This document shows, piece by piece, positions 51,539 through 61,863 of a DNA stretch of 64,000 nt. Below the pieces are notes generated by a model, which was not told where the DNA came from, did not search any database, and saw only the letters and a program-made list of their open reading frames with translations. This DNA is from Gammaproteobacteria bacterium. Its GTDB lineage: Bacteria > Pseudomonadota > Gammaproteobacteria > Eutrophobiales > Eutrophobiaceae. How positions within the stretch are numbered: the first letter of the stretch is position 1; the number at the start of each line of letters is the position of its first letter. Made by a program: the position numbers and the translations under genes. The stretch covers positions 132,686-196,685 of the forward strand of contig CAXMWX010000011.1 in the NCBI GenBank assembly GCA_963422205.2, read 5' to 3'.

Positions 51539-53650
51539 ATGGTTACGATTGGTGATTTAGCGAAGACAATCAGCACCTACCTGGATCAAAGCGAGGTAGA
51601 CAAGGTCAACCGTGCCTATCAATTCAGTGCCCTCGCCCACGAAGGGCAACGCCGCAAAAGCGGTGAGCCGTATATCCACCATCCGCTGGAGGTGGCCATG
51701 ATACTGGCCGAGATGCACATGGATCATCAAACCCTGGCGGCGGCCATCCTGCACGATGTGATTGAGGACACGGCCACCTTAAAGCACCAGATCAGGAGAA
51801 AATTTGGCAAAGGGGTGGCGGAGCTGGTGGATGGGGTCAGCAAGCTGACACAGATTGAATTTGACAGCCAGGCCGAGGCCAAGGCGCATAACTTCAGAAA
51901 AATGCTCATGGCCATGAGCCATGATATCCGGGTGATACTGGTCAAGCTCGCCGACAGATTACACAATATGCGTACCCTGGGCGCCCTTGCCCCGGAGAAG
52001 CGCCGACGTATCGCCCGGGAGACGCTGGAAATCTACGCCCCCATTGCACAGCGATTGGGCATTAACGGCATCCGCCTGGAGTTGGAAGAGCTGGGCTTTG
52101 CCACCCTGTACCCCTTGCGTTTTCGCATCCTCACCGAGCAGGTAGTCAAATCAAGAGGCCACCGAAAAACAATCATCGACAAGATCAGGAACGCCCTCCG
52201 CCGGCGCTTGCGGCAGGAAAAGATTCCCGTGCAGATAGTCGGGCGGGAGAAACATCTCTATGGCATCTACCAGAAGATGCTGAACAAACAACTGTCTTTT
52301 CATGAAGTGTATGATGTGTATGCCTTTCGCATTATCGTTGATGATGTTGATACCTGTTATCGGGTCGTGGGCACAGTGCATAACCTGTATAAACCTGTGC
52401 CAGGTAAATTCAAAGACTATATCGCGATCCCGAAATCCAACGGCTATCAGTCTTTGCACACTGTTTTATTCGGCCCCTTTGGTGTTCCCATAGAAGTGCA
52501 GATCCGCACACGGGAAATGAATGATGTCGCCGAGGCGGGCATCGCTGCTCATTGGTTATACAAGTCCGGGGCATCATCAGACAGCTCAGGCACGCACAAG
52601 CGCGCACGGGAATGGTTACAACAGATCATGGAGATGCAGACCACAGCAGGCAATCCGCAAGAGTTCCTGGAACATGTGAAGATCGATCTGTTCCCCGAAT
52701 CGGTCTATGCGTTCACGCCCAAGGGCGAGATCATGGAACTGCCCAGGGGCGCCACCGCGGTTGATTTTGCCTATGCCATCCACTCCGATGTGGGCAACGC
52801 CTGTGTGGGCGCCAGAATCGACAGACGACTGGCCCCCCTGGCAAGCAAGCTGACCACCGGCCAGACGGTGGAGATCATCACCGCCCCCGGCGCCCGGCCG
52901 GATCCGGCCTGGCTGAATTTTACTGTCTCGGCCAAGGCCCGTTCCAATATCCGGCATTTCCTGAAAAACCTGCGGACTAACGAAGCGGTGGCACTTGGCA
53001 AACGTCTGCTGGTCAGAGAGCTGCTGGCATTGTCCGTCAACTACGATGAGATAAGCGATGAGCAAATACAGGGCGTGTTAAGTGAGTTTCAGCTTGACAG
53101 TGAAGCGGAGTTACTCAAGGAAATTGGCCTGGGTAATCGCCTGGCCACCCTGATCGCACAGCATTTACTGAATCCGGCGCTCACACCGGACAAGGTCAAC
53201 GGCTCAAAGAAACTCCCGTTTATCATCAAAGGCACCGAAGGCATGGTGATCAATTTTCCCAAATGCTGCCTGCCTATCCCTGGCGATCCGGTACATGGCT
53301 ATGTGACTGCCGGACGCGGCATCGTTGTGCATCACCAGTCCTGCCCGAATACCGCTGAGTACCGCAACCAGCCGGACAAATGGATCTACGTCGAGTGGGA
53401 GCCGAAAATGGATGGGGATTTTCCGACCAACATCCGCGTTGATGCCACCAACCAAAAAGGCATACTGGCAAAAATCGCCTCCACCATTTCCTATCAAAAC
53501 GCCAATATTTTAAGCGTTGATATGGCCGACAAAGATGACAGATACACGCACCTGCGCTTCATCGTCGAGGTAAAAGACCGGCAACATCTGGCACATATTC
53601 TGCGACGGATCAAGGGCATAAAACACGTGGCACGGGTCAGCAGAAGATAA
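51539..53650 (+). CDS. spoT: Bifunctional (p)ppGpp synthetase/hydrolase SpoT
   Basis: HD motif LHDVIED, KLADRLHNMRT, NGYQSLHT, TGS and ACT domains. Confidence 0.97.
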   Translation: MVTIGDLAKTISTYLDQSEVDKVNRAYQFSALAHEGQRRKSGEPYIHHPLEVAMILAEMHMDHQTLAAAILHDVIEDTATLKHQIRRKFGKGVAELVDGVSKLTQIEFDSQAEAKAHNFRKMLMAMSHDIRVILVKLADRLHNMRTLGALAPEKRRRIARETLEIYAPIAQRLGINGIRLELEELGFATLYPLRFRILTEQVVKSRGHRKTIIDKIRNALRRRLRQEKIPVQIVGREKHLYGIYQKMLNKQLSFHEVYDVYAFRIIVDDVDTCYRVVGTVHNLYKPVPGKFKDYIAIPKSNGYQSLHTVLFGPFGVPIEVQIRTREMNDVAEAGIAAHWLYKSGASSDSSGTHKRAREWLQQIMEMQTTAGNPQEFLEHVKIDLFPESVYAFTPKGEIMELPRGATAVDFAYAIHSDVGNACVGARIDRRLAPLASKLTTGQTVEIITAPGARPDPAWLNFTVSAKARSNIRHFLKNLRTNEAVALGKRLLVRELLALSVNYDEISDEQIQGVLSEFQLDSEAELLKEIGLGNRLATLIAQHLLNPALTPDKVNGSKKLPFIIKGTEGMVINFPKCCLPIPGDPVHGYVTAGRGIVVHHQSCPNTAEYRNQPDKWIYVEWEPKMDGDFPTNIRVDATNQKGILAKIASTISYQNANILSVDMADKDDRYTHLRFIVEVKDRQHLAHILRRIKGIKHVARVSRR

Positions 53651-53751
53651 GCCCGGCATGTCTGGCCAGCGCCGCTTTTGCACCAGGCTGCCCGCCCGGG
53701 AGAGCAGGGCAAGGCGGGCGAGTATGCCAACTGCCGGGGCTGCTGTGCTTG

Positions 53752-53760
53752 TGGTAAGCT
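53752..53760 (+). promoter_or_regulatory. Putative extended -10 promoter of the MTase-HNH gene (leaderless)
   Basis: TG-g-TAAGCT lies 7 nt before GTG-ATG; no Shine-Dalgarno visible. Confidence 0.45.
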
Positions 53761-53770
53761 GGCGCCCGTG

Positions 53771-54973
53771 ATGACTGACACGGCGGCTAACTGGCAATCC
53801 AGGACCATCTGGACTGGCGACTGTATTGACATCATGCGCGGCATGAACTCGGCCACGGTGGACTTGATCTACTTAGACCCGCCGTTTAACTCCAGGGCCA
53901 ACTATGCCGCACCCATCGGCTCAAAAGCGGCCGGGGCGGCCTTTAAGGATATCTGGACTTTAAGCGACATAGACGTGGAATGGATCAACCTGATCGAAGC
54001 CAAACACCCGAAACTCTATCGGGTGCTGCTGGCCGCCACCACCGGGAGCGACAAGTCGTACCTTGCCTACATGGCGGCGCGTCTGCTGGAGATGCGACGG
54101 ATCCTCAAAGCGGCCGGCTCTATCTACCTGCATTGTGATCCGACGATGGGCCATTACCTGAAGCTGGTGATGGACGCCGTCTTTGGGCGTGCCTGTTTCA
54201 GGAACGAAATCGTATGGTACTACCGCGGGGCGGGGACGCCCAGGCGTGATTTTGCCCGGCGCCACGATCTGATTTTTCGGTATGCGGGCAAGGGCTGTTT
54301 TTTCGATCCCGACCCGGCCCGCCAACCCTATGCCGATGCGACCGTGGCACGCTTCTCCCACTATATCGGCAATGTTCGGGAAGGGCGCAATTACGGTCGG
54401 CAAACGCTAAACCCCAGGGGCAAACATCCCGATGATGTACTCATCGATATCCAGCCGATCGCACCCTCGGCAAAGGAACGCACCGGCTATCCCACACAAA
54501 AGCCGCTGGCGCTGTTGGAGCGCATCATCAAGGCCAGTTCCAGCGAGGGCGATGTGGTGTTTGATCCCTTCTGCGGTTGCGCCACCACGCTGGTGGCCGC
54601 CGATGCCTGGGGGCGGCATTGGGCCGGGGTCGACATCTCTCCCAAGGCCGCCGAGCTCATCAGGCAGCGTATTGATGACAATCTGCGCCGCATCATCCAT
54701 CGTCGGGACATCCCGCAACGTACAGACCTCGGCCGGCTGCCGCGCTATAACTCACCTAAAAACCGCAAGCACCTCTACGGCCTTCAATATGGTAATTGCG
54801 CCGGTTGCGGGGCGCATTTTGAAGCACGACACATGGAAGTCGATCACATCATCGCCCACCGCAAGGGCGGCACCGATCACATTGACAACCTACAACTGCT
54901 GTGCGGCAACTGCAACCGTATCAAGGGCGACCGGGGCATGGACTATCTGAAGACGAAGCTACAGATGCCATGA
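53771..54973 (+). CDS. Beta-class N6-A/N4-C DNA methyltransferase fused to a C-terminal HNH endonuclease
   Basis: VDLIYLDPPF (motif IV) precedes YPTQKP and DPFCGCAT (motif I); C-terminal CAGC...EVDHII...DNLQLLCGNCN. Confidence 0.9.
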   Translation: MTDTAANWQSRTIWTGDCIDIMRGMNSATVDLIYLDPPFNSRANYAAPIGSKAAGAAFKDIWTLSDIDVEWINLIEAKHPKLYRVLLAATTGSDKSYLAYMAARLLEMRRILKAAGSIYLHCDPTMGHYLKLVMDAVFGRACFRNEIVWYYRGAGTPRRDFARRHDLIFRYAGKGCFFDPDPARQPYADATVARFSHYIGNVREGRNYGRQTLNPRGKHPDDVLIDIQPIAPSAKERTGYPTQKPLALLERIIKASSSEGDVVFDPFCGCATTLVAADAWGRHWAGVDISPKAAELIRQRIDDNLRRIIHRRDIPQRTDLGRLPRYNSPKNRKHLYGLQYGNCAGCGAHFEARHMEVDHIIAHRKGGTDHIDNLQLLCGNCNRIKGDRGMDYLKTKLQMP

Positions 54974-55024
54974 TCTACGCTGCTGCAAACCATAAAACCA
55001 ACCCATGGAACTGACGAGGATGAG

Positions 55025-55411
55025 ATGACAAAACAGATCATACACACAGACAAGGCGCCCGCGGCCATCGGCACCTACTCACAAGCCATAAAAAGCAACA
55101 CCACCGTGTATCTGTCCGGGCAAATTGCCCTGGCCCCTGAGGACATGGTGCTGGTCAACACAGACAGGGCAGCCGAGATACATCAGGTTTTCAAAAACCT
55201 CCAGGCAGTGGCCGAGGCCGCTGGCGGCAGCCTGGCCGACATCGTCAAACTGAATATCTACTTAACAGACCTGGCGTGTTTTCCGCTCATCAACGAGATC
55301 ATGGCAACGTATTTCAACACGCCCTACCCGGCCAGAGCAGCCGTTGGCATCGCCGCCCTGCCGAAAGGGGCGAACGTGGAAATGGACGCCATCATGGAGT
55401 TGGAAGACTAA
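55025..55411 (+). CDS. ridA: RidA family imine deaminase
   Basis: [33 protein letters not shown]. Confidence 0.93.
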   Translation: MTKQIIHTDKAPAAIGTYSQAIKSNTTVYLSGQIALAPEDMVLVNTDRAAEIHQVFKNLQAVAEAAGGSLADIVKLNIYLTDLACFPLINEIMATYFNTPYPARAAVGIAALPKGANVEMDAIMELED

Positions 55412-57508
55412 TTGCCTGCCCCCGCCTTGGAACTGCATCACTCCATCATTACATTAAAAGGGGTCGGGCCGGCGATACAACAACGGCTGGCAAAGTTAGG
55501 CATCGTCCTGATACAAGACTGCCTGTTCCATTTGCCCAACCGCTATATCGATCGCACACAGATAAGGCACATCGGCTCCGTGGTGGCGGGGGAGGTCGTG
55601 CTGATACAGGGCGAGATCACGCAGACACACATGGCCTATGGCAAACGCCGCCAGTTGCTCTGCCACATCAGCGATGATACCGGCGGTTTGGTGTTACGTT
55701 TTTTTCACTTCACCCACCGACAGAAAAATCAACTCCTGCCTGGCAAGACCCTACGGTGCTGGGGGAAGGTGAGGAGTGGCCGACAGTCGCTGGAGCTTGC
55801 TCATCCAGAGTATCAGATGCTGGCTAAAGACAAAGAGGAGGCGCTGGATAAGACGCTGACACCGGTCTATCCGGCCACCGAGGGGATCTCGCAATTTAAA
55901 CTCAGAGCATTATCCACCCAGGCATTACACGTGCTGCGGGATGATGCCAGGGGCCTGCCCGAATTAGTGCCGCAACATATACTGAAAAAATACACATTCT
56001 CAACGCTGGCCGAATCATTATGCTATGTACACAGGCCACCGGTGGATGCCGATACTGATGCCTTGCTACAGGGCCGGCACAAGGCGCAAAAGCGTCTGGC
56101 ATTTGAGGAGTTGCTGGCACATCAACTCAGCCTGCGTAGCCTGAGAGCAAATATCAAACAAAAACAAGCCCATGCCATAGCATCTGGGAGACCGCCGGCG
56201 ATTGAGCAGTTCATTGCCGGGCTTAATTTTACACTGACACAGGCACAAGCACGGGTCATTGATGAGGTTGTTACCGATATGTCGAAAGAGAAACCGATGT
56301 TGCGTCTGCTGCAAGGCGATGTGGGTTGCGGTAAAACCGTGATCGCAGCGCTCGCTGCCCTGTATGTCATCCATGCCGGTTATAAAGTGGCTCTGATGGC
56401 ACCGACGGAGATCCTCTGTGATCAGCATTTTACCACCATCAGCCAATGGTTTGCTGCACTCGCCATACCGGTGGTGCTGCTGAAGGCCAAACAGACCGAA
56501 GGGCAACGTCAACACACTTTAAACCGACTAACATCACCCCAACCGCTGCTTGCCATTGGTACACATGCGTTATTTCAGGAACATGTCAGCATCACTCAAC
56601 TGGCCCTGGTGATCATCGATGAACAACACCGCTTTGGTGTGCATCAGCGGCTGACGCTGATGGAGAAAGGCAGCACAGGCAATCACTACCCCCATCAACT
56701 GGTCATGACCGCCACCCCCATCCCAAGGACGCTGGCCATGACCCTGTTTGCCGAGCTGGATATCTCGGTGATTGATGCGCTGCCCCCGGGGCGAGTCCCG
56801 ATCAACACCACGGTGCTGTCGAACAGAAAACGAGCTGACATCATCCAGCGGGTAGATAACATCTGTCGTGCCGGTCGGCAGGTCTACTGGGTCTGTGCAT
56901 CGATAGAGAACTCGGAGGCGGTTGATCTGGAGCCGGCTGAAGAGATTGCCGCCCTGCTCACCGATAGCCTGCCTGCCCGCCGCATTGCCCTGGTGCATGG
57001 TAGAATGAAGAGCAGCGAGAAGGAGCAGATCATGCAGGCGTTTAAGCTGGGCGAGATCGATCTGCTGGTAGCAACCACAGTCATTGAGGTGGGGGTGGAT
57101 GTGGCGAATGCCAATCTGATGGTCATTGAAAATGCCGAGCGGCTGGGTTTATCCCAGCTGCATCAGCTGCGTGGGCGGGTTGGGCGGGGTGCGTATGAAA
57201 GCCACTGCGTGCTGCTGTACAAAGCACCGCTGTCAAACATGGCAAAAGCCCGTCTTAGCACCCTGCGTGATACCCACGATGGCTTTCTCATCGCCGAAAA
57301 AGATCTCCAATTAAGGGGGCCGGGCGAGTTATCCGGTTCACGGCAGACCGGCCTGCCGGTATTGAAGATCGCTGATTTTGCCAGAGATGCCGAGCAACTG
57401 CCCTTAGCTTGTGACAGTGCGGATGATATGCTGAAAAATACCCCCGAGACCGCCAACAAACTGATCAAGCGATGGTTAAATTATCATCATGATTTTGTTA
57501 CTGTCTAG
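55412..57508 (+). CDS. recG: ATP-dependent DNA helicase RecG
   Basis: QGDVGCGKT, DEQHRFGV, MTATPIPR, QLHQLRGRVGRG. Confidence 0.97.
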   Translation: MPAPALELHHSIITLKGVGPAIQQRLAKLGIVLIQDCLFHLPNRYIDRTQIRHIGSVVAGEVVLIQGEITQTHMAYGKRRQLLCHISDDTGGLVLRFFHFTHRQKNQLLPGKTLRCWGKVRSGRQSLELAHPEYQMLAKDKEEALDKTLTPVYPATEGISQFKLRALSTQALHVLRDDARGLPELVPQHILKKYTFSTLAESLCYVHRPPVDADTDALLQGRHKAQKRLAFEELLAHQLSLRSLRANIKQKQAHAIASGRPPAIEQFIAGLNFTLTQAQARVIDEVVTDMSKEKPMLRLLQGDVGCGKTVIAALAALYVIHAGYKVALMAPTEILCDQHFTTISQWFAALAIPVVLLKAKQTEGQRQHTLNRLTSPQPLLAIGTHALFQEHVSITQLALVIIDEQHRFGVHQRLTLMEKGSTGNHYPHQLVMTATPIPRTLAMTLFAELDISVIDALPPGRVPINTTVLSNRKRADIIQRVDNICRAGRQVYWVCASIENSEAVDLEPAEEIAALLTDSLPARRIALVHGRMKSSEKEQIMQAFKLGEIDLLVATTVIEVGVDVANANLMVIENAERLGLSQLHQLRGRVGRGAYESHCVLLYKAPLSNMAKARLSTLRDTHDGFLIAEKDLQLRGPGELSGSRQTGLPVLKIADFARDAEQLPLACDSADDMLKNTPETANKLIKRWLNYHHDFVTV

Positions 57509-57559
57509 CCTATGCACACACCTGCAAACCGTCATCGCCGGACGCTGCTCCCGAACCTC

Positions 57560-58411
57560 ATGAAGACCACTATCCCGCGCTATGCCCGGCTGATCCGGCT
57601 CGATAAACCCATCGGTACGCTGCTGCTGCTCTGGCCAACCCTCTGGGCCTTATGGATAGCCAACAGCGGCATACCCAGCATGCACTTGTTGCTGGTCTTT
57701 GTTTTAGGTGTGTTTTTTACTCGCTCGGCCGGCTGTATCATCAATGACTGTGCCGACCGGGATATCGATCGCTATGTCGACAGAACACGGCACCGGCCGA
57801 TCACCTCCGGCGAAGTCACTGTAGAGCAGGCACTGGGCTTCATGGCCGTGCTGCTGCTGCTGGCCTTCATGCTGGTCTTGACGGCCAATCACTTAACGGT
57901 GCTACTGGCCTTTGCAGGCGTGCTGCTGGCATTTATCTATCCGTTCATGAAGCGTTACACCTATGTGCCGCAATTCTTTCTCGGCCTGGCCTTCAGCTGG
58001 GGCATTCCCATGGCATTTGCTGCCACCACCAACACGGTGCCGGCAATCGCCTGGCTGCTGTTCCTGGCCAATATCGTCTGGGTACTCATCTACGACACCA
58101 TGTATGCCATGGTAGATCGAGAAGATGACATACGCATCGGTGTCAAATCCACGGCCATCTTATTTGCTGAGGCAGACACCACGATAATCGGCATCATGCA
58201 GTGCATGTTCATCGTTATTCTGCTATTCATCGGCCAACAGCTAAAGCTGGACATGTTCTACTACAGCAGCCTCGCCTTTGTTGTGCTGTTTTTTATCTAT
58301 CAGCAGTTTTTGCTGAAAGACCGAACAGCGGGCAAATGCCTACAGGCATTTTTGTCCAATAACTACCTTGGCATGACCTTGTTCCTGGCCATCTTTGTGT
58401 CCTATGTTTAA
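57560..58411 (+). CDS. ubiA: 4-hydroxybenzoate polyprenyltransferase
   Basis: RLDKPIGTLLLLWP, NDCADRDID, YDTMYAMVDREDD; start is 57560 or 57512. Confidence 0.95.
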   Translation: MKTTIPRYARLIRLDKPIGTLLLLWPTLWALWIANSGIPSMHLLLVFVLGVFFTRSAGCIINDCADRDIDRYVDRTRHRPITSGEVTVEQALGFMAVLLLLAFMLVLTANHLTVLLAFAGVLLAFIYPFMKRYTYVPQFFLGLAFSWGIPMAFAATTNTVPAIAWLLFLANIVWVLIYDTMYAMVDREDDIRIGVKSTAILFAEADTTIIGIMQCMFIVILLFIGQQLKLDMFYYSSLAFVVLFFIYQQFLLKDRTAGKCLQAFLSNNYLGMTLFLAIFVSYV

Positions 58412-58421
58412 GATTGGCTGA

Positions 58422-59210
58422 CTAGGCAAGCCCATCACATGTAACGGGGATCGAATTAAAGCCGGATGGAAAACCAGTGAATACTTTATCCAGTACGGCA
58501 GATGCCTTGAGCAAACGTACTTTGACCTGGTAGAGGGTTTTAACATCGGAATAAGGCACGACCACGGGCGTAAAGCCTTTCCGGTGTAATTCGCTCAAAC
58601 GGTTATTCACCGCCGTCTGGCTGGAGAAAAGCCCCAGGGAGATGGCGTTACGCAATTCGCCCTGGCTGATCAGCCGATAATCCTGTACTCCCCGGCGTTG
58701 CAGGCTTGCAATCAGGTCGATCGCCTTTGTTCGGTCCTTCACCGGGGCCAGATAAATCCAGAATAATTGTTTGGCTTCTCTCTCCCCTGCATCTATTTCG
58801 CTGCCAAAATTGCGTGCCTGAAACCAGTCGTGCAGTGCCTGGGCAATTTTTTTATCCGGTATCGGCCCGAAATAAAAACAACTGTACTCATCCGTAGCAG
58901 CTACGATGTCCCGGGCCTTCTCGTCTGTTTGCTGGCCGGTCAAGCTGACCCGCCCTTCCCTGGCCTCGCCAGTCAGTGTATCCAGTAATTCGGCCCTGGC
59001 CGGATTAGGCTGGCCGGTGGTCAACAAGCCCTCCTGTGCCTTCAATGGCAGGCTGTGTTGCAACTCATCAATTTTACTCAGCCGCTTGATCTCCGGTGAT
59101 ACGTGGATGCGCTGGTTTAAGTTCGAAACAAGCTGGCTGGATTCTTTATCCAGTTCCCACCCGTAATAAACCATGTTGGCCGTCAACAGCAGTAACAAAA
59201 ACCATTTCAC
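58422..59210 (-). CDS. SPOR-domain membrane protein downstream of coaX
   Basis: MKWFLLLLLTAN, CFYFGP, NAISLGLFS; conserved birA-coaX-SPOR context. Confidence 0.8.
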   Translation of the reverse strand: MKWFLLLLLTANMVYYGWELDKESSQLVSNLNQRIHVSPEIKRLSKIDELQHSLPLKAQEGLLTTGQPNPARAELLDTLTGEAREGRVSLTGQQTDEKARDIVAATDEYSCFYFGPIPDKKIAQALHDWFQARNFGSEIDAGEREAKQLFWIYLAPVKDRTKAIDLIASLQRRGVQDYRLISQGELRNAISLGLFSSQTAVNNRLSELHRKGFTPVVVPYSDVKTLYQVKVRLLKASAVLDKVFTGFPSGFNSIPVTCDGLA

Positions 59211-59965
59211 CTTGCTTCGCCCAAATAAGCCATGCCGGATAAAACCAAATCTTTATGGTAAATGCAGTCAATAGATAATAATGGCATGATAGCAGCCGCA
59301 CCGCCACCTGTGACAATCACCTTGAGATCACGATCAGTCAGCGCCCTTGCATGGGCTATGGCCTGCCTGATGAACGCTGTGATAGCGATTGTATAGCCCT
59401 GCATCAGGCACTCCTGGGTTGATTTGCCCAAGGCGGTGGGGAATTTAGCGGTGGTTGATTTATTTGCTGTGCATGCCGCCAGGCTGGATGCCGTCTCTGG
59501 CAGCAGATCGCCTGCGGCATAGCGCCCTGGAATGATATACCCCCCCAGGTGCTGCTGCTGTCTGTCAATGACATCAAACGTAATTGCGCTACCAAAATCG
59601 ATAACGCATAACGGCGGGTCACATGCGTGAATGGCGGCTATCATGGCAAGCCATCGGTCAACACCGAGCTGTTGATGTTGTGTATAGCCATTTTTCAATG
59701 CAAGGAAACGGCGCTCACTCTGCAAAAACACCGCCTGCAACGACCATAATTCAACAACGACTGCACTGATCCTCTCATTCAGTTCAGCGCAGGTTACCGA
59801 TGATATCAAGACCGCATCAGGCCGCTTTAGCTGTGACCAGTGATCTCTCAGGGTATGAATGAATGCCTCCTGTGCATGGGCTATAACACCTGCATGAGAT
59901 AAGGCATTCGCCCTGGCTAAGGCCCACTTTATCCGGCTGTTACCCACATCCACCACTAACTTCAC
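59207..59965 (-). CDS. coaX: Type III pantothenate kinase
   Basis: DVGNSRIKW, LGVDRW, DFGSAITFD, GGYIIPG. Confidence 0.94.
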   Translation of the reverse strand: MKLVVDVGNSRIKWALARANALSHAGVIAHAQEAFIHTLRDHWSQLKRPDAVLISSVTCAELNERISAVVVELWSLQAVFLQSERRFLALKNGYTQHQQLGVDRWLAMIAAIHACDPPLCVIDFGSAITFDVIDRQQQHLGGYIIPGRYAAGDLLPETASSLAACTANKSTTAKFPTALGKSTQECLMQGYTIAITAFIRQAIAHARALTDRDLKVIVTGGGAAAIMPLLSIDCIYHKDLVLSGMAYLGEAR

Positions 59966-60924
59966 GGCGATGCCTGCAAACTCACTTCGCCACTGCTGAA
60001 TCGTTGCCTGGTGCCATCGATATTCATCACCAGCAAACCATTACTGTCAACGCCTTGCACCACGCCTGAAATAATGCCGTTACCCGTATGGAGAGAGATT
60101 TTTTTATCTGTTAGATAATCAAACTCTCGCCAGCTTCGGATAAAACTGTTTGCCCCCTGCCTGCTGACCTGCTCAAGCATGACAAATTGTGCATCTATAA
60201 TATCGGCTGCTATCCGGTTACGTAACACCGGGGAATCCACGATTGAGGCCAGATCAATTACCGGCTGATCTATTTTTTCTCTGATGGCATCATCCAGATT
60301 AATATTGACACCGATACCAATAACAACGTCAGATGAGGTCGCCGTTTCGCTTCTGGACTCGATCAATATACCCGCCAGCTTGGCATCATTGGCGATGACA
60401 TCATTCGGCCACTTCAGATAGATTGCATCAGCCCCGGCCTGCTGCAAGGCCCTGATGAGGGCAACACCACAGGCAAGAGACAAGGCATTCAAGGACGCCG
60501 GCGGGGCGGCAAAATGCCAGCCTATCGATAGATACAGACCGGCGGCAAAAGGCGAGAGCCAGGGCCTGCTGCGCCTCCCTCTGCCACTCCTCTGGTATTC
60601 ACACAGCACAACATGTGCATGAATGGATTCTCGGTGTAGACGTGCCAGCAGATACGAGTTGGTAGAATCAAGCTCAGCGTATAACTCAATGCTCGCCGGA
60701 GTCCTACACAGGTTTTGTGCTAACTCTGCCTCATCCAGCAAATCCATTGCCGTCAACAGACGATAGCCCTTGCCGTGTCTGCTCTGAATATCTATGCCAG
60801 CCTCTCTTAGCTGACGAATCGCTTTCCATACCGCCGTGCGGCTGCATGCAAGCTGCCGGGCAAGCACATTACCGGAATGATAATTCAGATCCGCCAGCTG
60901 TTTGAGTAAGCGATAGCGCAGCAT
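59962..60924 (-). CDS. birA: Biotin-protein ligase/repressor BirA
   Basis: N-terminal HTH (SRTAVWK), DSTN, GRGRR, KWPND, KLAGILIE. Confidence 0.95.
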   Translation of the reverse strand: MLRYRLLKQLADLNYHSGNVLARQLACSRTAVWKAIRQLREAGIDIQSRHGKGYRLLTAMDLLDEAELAQNLCRTPASIELYAELDSTNSYLLARLHRESIHAHVVLCEYQRSGRGRRSRPWLSPFAAGLYLSIGWHFAAPPASLNALSLACGVALIRALQQAGADAIYLKWPNDVIANDAKLAGILIESRSETATSSDVVIGIGVNINLDDAIREKIDQPVIDLASIVDSPVLRNRIAADIIDAQFVMLEQVSRQGANSFIRSWREFDYLTDKKISLHTGNGIISGVVQGVDSNGLLVMNIDGTRQRFSSGEVSLQASP

Positions 60925-60944
60925 CTATGTTCTGGCAAATAACG

Positions 60945-61784
60945 CTACAAGCCGTTGCAGCCGGTGGCGATTGGCCTGTTTGGATCGGCACACCACTCGC
61001 TCCATGATCCTGGATAGAGCCGGGGCATCGGCAGGCCAGCATAGGCGCAGGCCAGTATATTATGGCAGGCGGACACCCCTGAACCGCAATAAAAAACGGC
61101 CTCTTCAGGTGGCATCCCGGCGAATAATTCGCTTAACTCAGCATATAATGTTTGCGCCGGCTTAAAGATGGCAGCATCGGTTAAATTATCCTGCCAGTAA
61201 CGATTAATCGCACCGGGGATATGACCTGCCACGGGATCGAGCGGCTCATGTTCACCCCGGTATCTCGCTGGCTCTCTGGAATCGATTAATAATTTACCGT
61301 GCGTAACTTCATGCAGATTGACTAACATGGCATCAGCAAAATCTGCACAAAAATCCGCAGGTTGCGGTGTGGCCACTGTCGTCTCGGTGGCATAACCGGC
61401 AGCCTGCCAACGGCTTAACCCACCGTTAAGCACGGCGACATTTTTATGTCCGGCATAACGCAACAACCACCACAGGCGTGCTGCAAATGCACCGGCTGAA
61501 TCATCATAAGCAACCACACAGGTAGCAGCATCAATACCCAGACGGGAGAATAATCGGGTTAAATCGTTTTTCGCTGGCAGCGGATGTCTGCCGCCTGCTG
61601 ATGCCTTGTGATCACAAAGCTCCTCATCAAGCCGAACATAAACCGCCCCGGGGATATGGCCTGCCAGATAGGCCGCATGGCCTGCCTGCCTGTGCATCAG
61701 ATCAAACTGGCAATCCAACACCCGCCAGTTATCCTCGCCTGTATGCTCATGCAACTCTTGTACTTCAATGATGTCTGCCAACAT
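60945..61784 (-). CDS. sseA: Double-rhodanese sulfurtransferase (SseA-like)
   Basis: GHIPGA twice, GRHPLP, YCGSGVSAC, LYPGSWSEW. Confidence 0.88.
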   Translation of the reverse strand: MLADIIEVQELHEHTGEDNWRVLDCQFDLMHRQAGHAAYLAGHIPGAVYVRLDEELCDHKASAGGRHPLPAKNDLTRLFSRLGIDAATCVVAYDDSAGAFAARLWWLLRYAGHKNVAVLNGGLSRWQAAGYATETTVATPQPADFCADFADAMLVNLHEVTHGKLLIDSREPARYRGEHEPLDPVAGHIPGAINRYWQDNLTDAAIFKPAQTLYAELSELFAGMPPEEAVFYCGSGVSACHNILACAYAGLPMPRLYPGSWSEWCADPNRPIATGCNGL

Positions 61785-61863
61785 TTTTTTATCGTGTGCA
61801 TATCAGGTGGCTTCCATGCCGCATTATACGTATTACGTCAAGCCATGTTGATGTTTATCTCTT

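Noticed and set aside
53678-53770. TTG-start Cys-rich N-terminal extension of the MTase
   Set aside because: No RBS is visible, the MTase-like sequence starts at MTDTAANW, and a -10 box lies inside this stretch
53651-55024. Target-site duplication or IS ends around the MTase-HNH gene
   Set aside because: No matching direct or inverted repeats were found by eye on the two flanks
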